Source: Nitrospirota bacterium (lineage in GTDB: Bacteria; Nitrospirota; UBA9217). From it: 64,000 nt of DNA. How positions within the stretch are numbered: the first letter of the stretch is position 1; each line of letters begins with the position of its first letter. The notes beneath the pieces are model-generated. The model had not been told where the DNA came from. It did no database searches and saw only the letters and a list, made by a program, of their open reading frames with translations. The DNA lies in assembly GCA_963751455.1 (NCBI GenBank), contig CAVVUN010000012.1, forward strand, positions 576,001-640,000, in the 5' to 3' direction. A program made the translations under genes and the position numbers. Positions 58,408-64,000 of the stretch are shown piece by piece.

Positions 58408-58423
58408 TGGCACGATTCATGCT
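58408..58423 (+). promoter_or_regulatory. Sigma-54 promoter for the 58530/59793 cytochrome pair
   Basis: TGGCACGATTCATGCT. Confidence 0.8.
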
Positions 58424-58529
58424 TCGTTAAGAATAGGAACAGTCCTTGATCCCGCATAGATATCGTGAAAACCGGTTATCGCGCCCTTTTTAACAATGTT
58501 AAGGAGACCTTGAGAGGAGGAAGTCTGCT

Positions 58530-59720
58530 ATGTCTCAACGGATTGCAGCCGATGCAGGAACAGGCAGAGAACGTCTGTTAAAATTCATGAAAGTCGCAGT
58601 GATGTTTTTGTTCGCCTCGGCATTTGCACTGTGCATCGTGGGCCTGAATGCATCTTTTTTGAATGCTGATATTGCGTGCGACTGCAGCTCATGCCACTCG
58701 AGCAGCCCTCATGGAAGCAACCCGGTAGGATGCTCCGGTTGTCATGATACTCCTCCGCAAACCGGCTCACATCTGATACACTACGGCAGCACACCCACGA
58801 CTGTAATGGCGTATGGCGACACAGGCGTCAGCAGCACTCGGGAGGCATATAAGTTCGGGTGCGGGAACTGCCATGCCCTGGACTTCACAAAACATAATAA
58901 CGGGTGGGTAGATGTGGAACTTTATGACCCGCATGCTCCTGCAGGGTCGCTCAAGGCAATGAATCCATCGGATGCGGCGTATACGTCCGGACCGAACAGC
59001 AGCACATATCAAAGCAAATTGACCGGCGGCAGATCGTTATCCTATTCGAACGGGACCTGCAACAATATCTATTGTCACAGCGGCTACACTATTGCCTCGA
59101 GCGAGGTGAGCTATCCTATTGGCACGAGCCCAAGGAATCTAACGTATGAGCCTTATACCGTTACGTATTCGAGAGTATATAAGGCCACGCCTGAATGGGG
59201 GGTTTCCGGCGCAACAGCGACTGCGAGCTCAACGGCCGGGTTCCTGTCGTGTACAGAGTGCCACGCATTCCCGTTGATCACTTCCTATCCCACGGTGTCG
59301 GCAGGAGTAGGAGACAGCCACGGATGGGTCGATGATTACGGATATGTGGATCTCCACGCATGGAACATGGGTTCCGGTTCTCCTGTCATGTGCAGGACGT
59401 GCCATTACGGGACCGTCACTACGGCCAATACGTATACATACACGGAGTCCAGCGTTGTATACGGTCCCGTCCCGCTGGCAAGCCGCGAGCTCCATGTCAA
59501 CGGCTCGAACAATGTTGTCCTCGACACCGCGAACACCATCACCTACAACGTATGGTTCACTACGAAGACCTACAATCTGAGCGGCGCCTCATACGATCCT
59601 GTGACGAAATCATGCTCTAACGTCGGGTGTCACAGAGAGCAGACAAGGGTAACCTGGGGAACACCCTATAGATATTGGATTTCCTTAGAGTGCGCTCAAT
59701 GCCATGAATCATTTTATTAA
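58530..59720 (+). CDS. CxxxxCH/CxxCH-type multiheme cytochrome (8 motifs)
   Basis: 6 CxxCH plus CNNIYCH and CSNVGCH, each followed by W...CxxCH as in the Geobacter C4xC/C2xCH motif. Confidence 0.85.
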   Translation: MSQRIAADAGTGRERLLKFMKVAVMFLFASAFALCIVGLNASFLNADIACDCSSCHSSSPHGSNPVGCSGCHDTPPQTGSHLIHYGSTPTTVMAYGDTGVSSTREAYKFGCGNCHALDFTKHNNGWVDVELYDPHAPAGSLKAMNPSDAAYTSGPNSSTYQSKLTGGRSLSYSNGTCNNIYCHSGYTIASSEVSYPIGTSPRNLTYEPYTVTYSRVYKATPEWGVSGATATASSTAGFLSCTECHAFPLITSYPTVSAGVGDSHGWVDDYGYVDLHAWNMGSGSPVMCRTCHYGTVTTANTYTYTESSVVYGPVPLASRELHVNGSNNVVLDTANTITYNVWFTTKTYNLSGASYDPVTKSCSNVGCHREQTRVTWGTPYRYWISLECAQCHESFY

Positions 59721-59792
59721 CCGCCAACCGATCGGCTGAGCGGAAAACCTTGTGAAACCTGGAACCGGAAATCTTGAGCATCGGAGGGGACC

Positions 59793-61727
59793 ATGCCGGT
59801 AATTGGAAGAAAATCGAAACGTATGACGAAAAGTTCAGGCTGGGCAGCCGGCTTTCTTGTTGTACTGGTGCTTCTTCTTGCGCCGGCATCCGGCTCATAC
59901 GCGGAGACGCCCTGCCAGGATTGCCACGGCGTCACCGGGCCGCACGCGGCGCAATGCCGCGATACGACCTGCGGGGTGAGCTGCCACACGGCCAAACTCG
60001 ACACTATCATGCACCCGTCCGGTGCAGGCACCCCCATAGTGGATACGTCCACGCCGGAGGGCATGACAGCGGCATGCGATACCTGCCACCAGTCTTCCGG
60101 CGCCGTCAGTGTTACGCATCCTTTCCGGATAAACACCGACCCGGCTATGACCACCATCTATCCGGACCTGGACCAGGCCTGCGGCCAGTGTCACGGCGGC
60201 GGAACGAACAGCGTCGCAAATCCCCCGGCGACCGGCGTAGCGTATTTGTCCAAGAACCAGCTTTCGCTGGCGGCACAAAATATCCACAGCGCGGACGCGC
60301 TTAACAACGCTGACTGCCTGGCATGTCACGACGGCTCAATAATCCCGGCAACCCTGAGTCATCCGACGGACACCGGAGCGCCCGGGACCGGCGCAGCCGC
60401 ATGCAAGACCTGTCATTTTGCCAACGGTGCCACATTGCATCAGAACGCCCCGATTGACACTGACAGAATCTGCAGCCAGTGTCATGGCCCGGACGGTACG
60501 GCGCATTTGAGGGCAGCCTCCATTTCAATCTTTTCATCTGCCATACACGGCGGCACGGTACTGTCTACAACGTGCGCAGACTGCCATACTAATACGGCGA
60601 CATTGCATACTACGCATGCCGCGACACATACATCCAACACGGTCTGCAGGCGGTGTCACACGAGACCGGGAGTCAGCCCGACATCCGCAACAATGGCCCT
60701 CTGCACGGGTTGCCATGCTCGGACCATTGCTGAACTGAACCATCCGGCAGGATACAGCACTTCACCCGATGAGTGCACAGATTGCCATTCAACACCCGGC
60801 GTTGCGCCTGCAACGGCAGCGGGAACCTGCGATAAATGTCATACGATTACGGCCTCTGTCGCCGCGCTTTTCACCCGGATCCACAAGTCGTCGCAGGCGG
60901 CCTTCAGCTGGTCCAACGATACCACGACGCCTTACAAAATCGACTTTGATGCATCGGCGTCAGCTAAATGTTCCGACCACTCCTGGAACTTCGGCAATGG
61001 TTTATCGGGGAGCGGTGTGACCACCTCTGCTACGTATACCAACACAGCTGTCAAGACCGTAACGTTGACCTGCGGCAGTTCATCTATCTCGAGGACCGTC
61101 TATCCGAGAATCGCATTGTCAAGCGCTATTTCGCCGACTGCCGACATAGACGTTGACGGGTACCGCGTAACCTTAACGGATACGACTGTGGCTTCGGGCA
61201 TGACAGGGACAATAACAATCATGTGGGGCGACGGTCAGCGCAGCTACATACGAATGAGCGGCCAAGCCGACCATCTGTACCGCAGAGCGAGAACGTACAA
61301 TGTCATGATGATGCTAAGAACCGACACCCCCGGATACACTACACAGGTGGCCAGGACGAAGATACCGGTTACGGTAGAACGTATGACCATGGAGGGCCTT
61401 GTAACGAAACCGGGCGGCACTACTCCGTTCCCGGGAGTGATCATGACCCTGAAGTATAACGATAAGATCCTTAAGAGAGCGGTTACCAACTCCTTCGGTG
61501 CATACACGTTCAGAAACGTAGTGCCAAACGTGGTATTGGCGACGTATCCGACACCGACGACATACTCCGATTATACGATCGAGGCGTTGAAGAGAACCGG
61601 CAGGCTGGTCAGCGATGGTACAACAACCACACGACAGGTGTACGAGTGGAATCCCTCGAACATCGTGACGACGGTTACGAATACCAGCATACTCGACAGA
61701 AACTTCGAGGCACTGCCTTTACCGTAA
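59793..61727 (+). CDS. Secreted multiheme cytochrome E (~12 hemes, conserved PKD/Ig tail)
   Basis: 11 CxxCH plus CGVSCH; signal peptide; tail ends FEALPLP. Confidence 0.9.
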   Translation: MPVIGRKSKRMTKSSGWAAGFLVVLVLLLAPASGSYAETPCQDCHGVTGPHAAQCRDTTCGVSCHTAKLDTIMHPSGAGTPIVDTSTPEGMTAACDTCHQSSGAVSVTHPFRINTDPAMTTIYPDLDQACGQCHGGGTNSVANPPATGVAYLSKNQLSLAAQNIHSADALNNADCLACHDGSIIPATLSHPTDTGAPGTGAAACKTCHFANGATLHQNAPIDTDRICSQCHGPDGTAHLRAASISIFSSAIHGGTVLSTTCADCHTNTATLHTTHAATHTSNTVCRRCHTRPGVSPTSATMALCTGCHARTIAELNHPAGYSTSPDECTDCHSTPGVAPATAAGTCDKCHTITASVAALFTRIHKSSQAAFSWSNDTTTPYKIDFDASASAKCSDHSWNFGNGLSGSGVTTSATYTNTAVKTVTLTCGSSSISRTVYPRIALSSAISPTADIDVDGYRVTLTDTTVASGMTGTITIMWGDGQRSYIRMSGQADHLYRRARTYNVMMMLRTDTPGYTTQVARTKIPVTVERMTMEGLVTKPGGTTPFPGVIMTLKYNDKILKRAVTNSFGAYTFRNVVPNVVLATYPTPTTYSDYTIEALKRTGRLVSDGTTTTRQVYEWNPSNIVTTVTNTSILDRNFEALPLP

Positions 61728-61749
61728 GCAGCATTATGCTCATCTGATT

Positions 61750-61786
61750 AACAGGCAGTCCCAATTCCGGGACTGCCTGTTCTTTC
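61750..61786 (+). terminator. Shared intrinsic terminator
   Basis: AACAGGCAGTCCC...GGGACTGCCTGTTCTTT. Confidence 0.8.
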
Positions 61787-61869
61787 TTATAAAAAGCCGC
61801 TTGCACTGTATAACGAATCATTATAGTATTCGATAAATTTAAAAAGGAATCTCCATCAAGGAGTAACTT

Positions 61870-62865
61870 ATGAGATTAAACTTGCGAACCATGTGCCAAT
61901 TGACGATCATCATTTTTTTGGTTGCTGTTGTCCTGAACGGATGCATGAAGCATTTGCCTGCTGCGGAAAAGGCCTCAAAGGAAGCCGCCGTGGTGAACAA
62001 TGAAGCAAAAAAGCTTGTTGTTGCAAAGGTGAATAACGCTGAATTATCCATGGACTCGCTCGTCAACATGATGAACCGTCTCCCGGAGAAAGCAGGTGGT
62101 GCGCCGGAGAGTCTGGAGGAACGCCGGAAAAGGGCATTGGACAGCCTGGTCCTGCTGGAGCTTGCGTATCAGCGGGCCAACGAACGGGGGCTCATGGTGG
62201 ATCCGGCCAAAATCGACTTGTCAATCAACAATTTCATAAATAACACCGGCGGCGAAAAAGAATACGCAGAATACCTGAAGAATAACAATATTACCGAGGC
62301 GGATCTTCGTTCCGAGATAGAACGGGGTCTTGCAATTGAACTAATCTACGCGAAAGAAGTCATCGATAGCGTTTCGATTCCCGAACAAGAGCTGCGCAGG
62401 GAGTACGAAAAGGAACAAGAGCAGCTGATCCAGCCTGAGAAAGTTTCGATTGTTGATGTCTACGTGTTTAAAAACGATGCCAAGGGGGCAAAAGCAGAGA
62501 AATTGCTCCGGATGATAAAAGCGGACGCGGCTCAGGACCCCTGGAAGCTGGTACTCGACGGTAGCTTCACTGTCCGAAAGCTGCTTGTCCGATCCGAACG
62601 GGAAAGAGAGATCTACGAAGCTGCGAAGAAATTGAAACCTCAACAATTCTCCGGCGTAATAAGCGCGTCTGACGGGTTCCATATCATCAAGCTGGAGAAC
62701 TATTCACCCGAGAGAAAGCTTACATTTGAAGAGGCGAAAACAAAAATGGAGGCAACCTTGAAGGGCCCTGCTGTCGAAAAGAGGACCCGGGAATGGGAAG
62801 AGGAGTTGAAAAAAGACGCGAAGATCGAAATACTGAATTCAGGATTACAAAATTCACAGTCGTAA
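61870..62865 (+). CDS. SurA/parvulin-like lipoprotein chaperone, close paralog of 57232-58227
   Basis: Lipobox LNGC; long identical stretches with the paralog. Confidence 0.82.
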   Translation: MRLNLRTMCQLTIIIFLVAVVLNGCMKHLPAAEKASKEAAVVNNEAKKLVVAKVNNAELSMDSLVNMMNRLPEKAGGAPESLEERRKRALDSLVLLELAYQRANERGLMVDPAKIDLSINNFINNTGGEKEYAEYLKNNNITEADLRSEIERGLAIELIYAKEVIDSVSIPEQELRREYEKEQEQLIQPEKVSIVDVYVFKNDAKGAKAEKLLRMIKADAAQDPWKLVLDGSFTVRKLLVRSEREREIYEAAKKLKPQQFSGVISASDGFHIIKLENYSPERKLTFEEAKTKMEATLKGPAVEKRTREWEEELKKDAKIEILNSGLQNSQS

Positions 62866-62906
62866 AGCAAAAGAGAACGGTAAAGATAACAGCGTAGAAA
62901 ATTACA

Positions 62907-64000
62907 TTAGGAAGGGGCGCGGAAACAGCTGCTCGATGAATCGATACCCAGTTTTTTCATTCGATAACGCAGCGTGTCCCTGGTTATATCCAGGAGCTTC
63001 GCTGCCTGTCTTTGATTTCCGTTTGTAGCTTTTAAGGCGGCTTTGATCGACTCTTCTTCAAGTACTTTTAGGGACAGGCTGTTATGGTTCGTTTTTTCTG
63101 AAGACTGGTCCGGAACAGTCACGGCTTCTTTTTGCGGCTTAGGCGCCCGGGCGCCTTTATCGTCAAGAATATATGATGGAAGCTCGTCGACGCCTATCTT
63201 GTCGCCCTTCGACATAACAACAAGTTTTTCCATGAGGTTCTTCAATTCCCTCACATTGCCCGGCCAGGAATAGTTTTTCAGGGCTTCCAAAGCTGCCGCC
63301 GTTATACAGTTGGCAGGGCATGCATGCTTCGTACTGAAGTGTTTCAGGAAATGCTCCAACAGGAGAGGGATGTCTTGTACCCGGGTGCGCAGCGCCGGCA
63401 TTTCAATCGTAACCACATTCAGACGGTAATACAGATCAAGCCTGAACTTGCCTTCCTGAACAAGTTCATGAAGATTTCTATTCGTGGCCGCAAGGATCCG
63501 GACATCTGCATTCAGCTGCTGGAGTCCTCCGATCCTCCTGAATTTCCTCTCTTCGATAAGGCTGAGGATCTTTGATTGCATCGCGGTCGGCATGTCTCCG
63601 ATCTCGTCAAGAAAAACCGTACCGCCCTCCGCAGTCTCGATCAGCCCCTTTTTGGACGCCTTTGCATCGGTAAAAGCGCCTTTCTCATATCCGAAGAGCT
63701 CGCTCTCTATCAGATACTCGGGGATCGTCGAACACCCTATTTCTACAAAGGGCCGTCCCTTTCGCGGACTGAGCTCGTGGATGGTCCTGCACAGGAAACT
63801 CTTTCCCGTCCCGCTTTCCCCGAGAACCAGGACTGTAACATCCGCTTTGTTCGCCAGGCGCTCGGTGATCCTGACTACCTCGTTCATTGCGTCACTCTTA
63901 AAAGCGACGCTTCCGGGCAGGAGCACCAGCTTTTCCTGAGTCCGTTCCTGCTTCAACGTATTCAGGATGCTCCTCAGCTTATCGAGATCAATAGGTTTGT
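62907..64000 (-). CDS. Sigma-54-dependent response regulator (NtrC/AtoC-like enhancer-binding protein), 5'-truncated by the window edge
   Basis: GESGTGKS, ESELFG, GAFTDA, FLDEI, WPGNVREL, Fis HTH; frame open to the edge with receiver-end KPIDLDKL. Confidence 0.92.
   Translation of the reverse strand, partial: KPIDLDKLRSILNTLKQERTQEKLVLLPGSVAFKSDAMNEVVRITERLANKADVTVLVLGESGTGKSFLCRTIHELSPRKGRPFVEIGCSTIPEYLIESELFGYEKGAFTDAKASKKGLIETAEGGTVFLDEIGDMPTAMQSKILSLIEERKFRRIGGLQQLNADVRILAATNRNLHELVQEGKFRLDLYYRLNVVTIEMPALRTRVQDIPLLLEHFLKHFSTKHACPANCITAAALEALKNYSWPGNVRELKNLMEKLVVMSKGDKIGVDELPSYILDDKGARAPKPQKEAVTVPDQSSEKTNHNSLSLKVLEEESIKAALKATNGNQRQAAKLLDITRDTLRYRMKKLGIDSSSSCFRAPS

Noticed and set aside
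21306-61727. Diversity-generating retroelement or shufflon explaining the repeated tails
   Set aside because: No reverse transcriptase or site-specific invertase in the window; differences are not adenine-specific and the repeated part is the constant region

Overview
Bacterial DNA of moderate GC; the gene content suggests an anaerobic Nitrospirota- or Desulfobacterota-like organism (inference). 1-12.8 kb is ordinary metabolism and signalling (HD-GYP protein, phosphotransferase, USP, acetolactate synthase, aldehyde dehydrogenase, citrate synthase, aconitase, CBS/DUF294 protein, response regulator). 13.8-64 kb is an island for extracellular electron transfer with ten multiheme cytochromes (about 155-160 heme motifs by manual count). 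Its centre is an OmcE-like tetraheme nanowire-type gene with NHL propellers, a beta-barrel and a SurA-like chaperone. Five large secreted cytochromes flank it; they have variable heads but share a near-identical, recombining C-terminal PKD/Ig tail and terminator, and three are followed by a SurA-like lipoprotein. One of them (52646-57100) is split by an in-frame TGA followed by a SECIS-like hairpin, so it is probably a 1484-aa selenocysteine cytochrome. The island has several sigma-54 promoters, a repeated enhancer-like palindrome, a sigma-54 activator gene and mutually complementary 5' leader motifs. It also holds an ISH6/IS256-like IS, an IS1111-type IS110 element whose non-coding end matches its own target site, and nested miniature repeats. 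No rRNA, tRNA or CRISPR array was seen.
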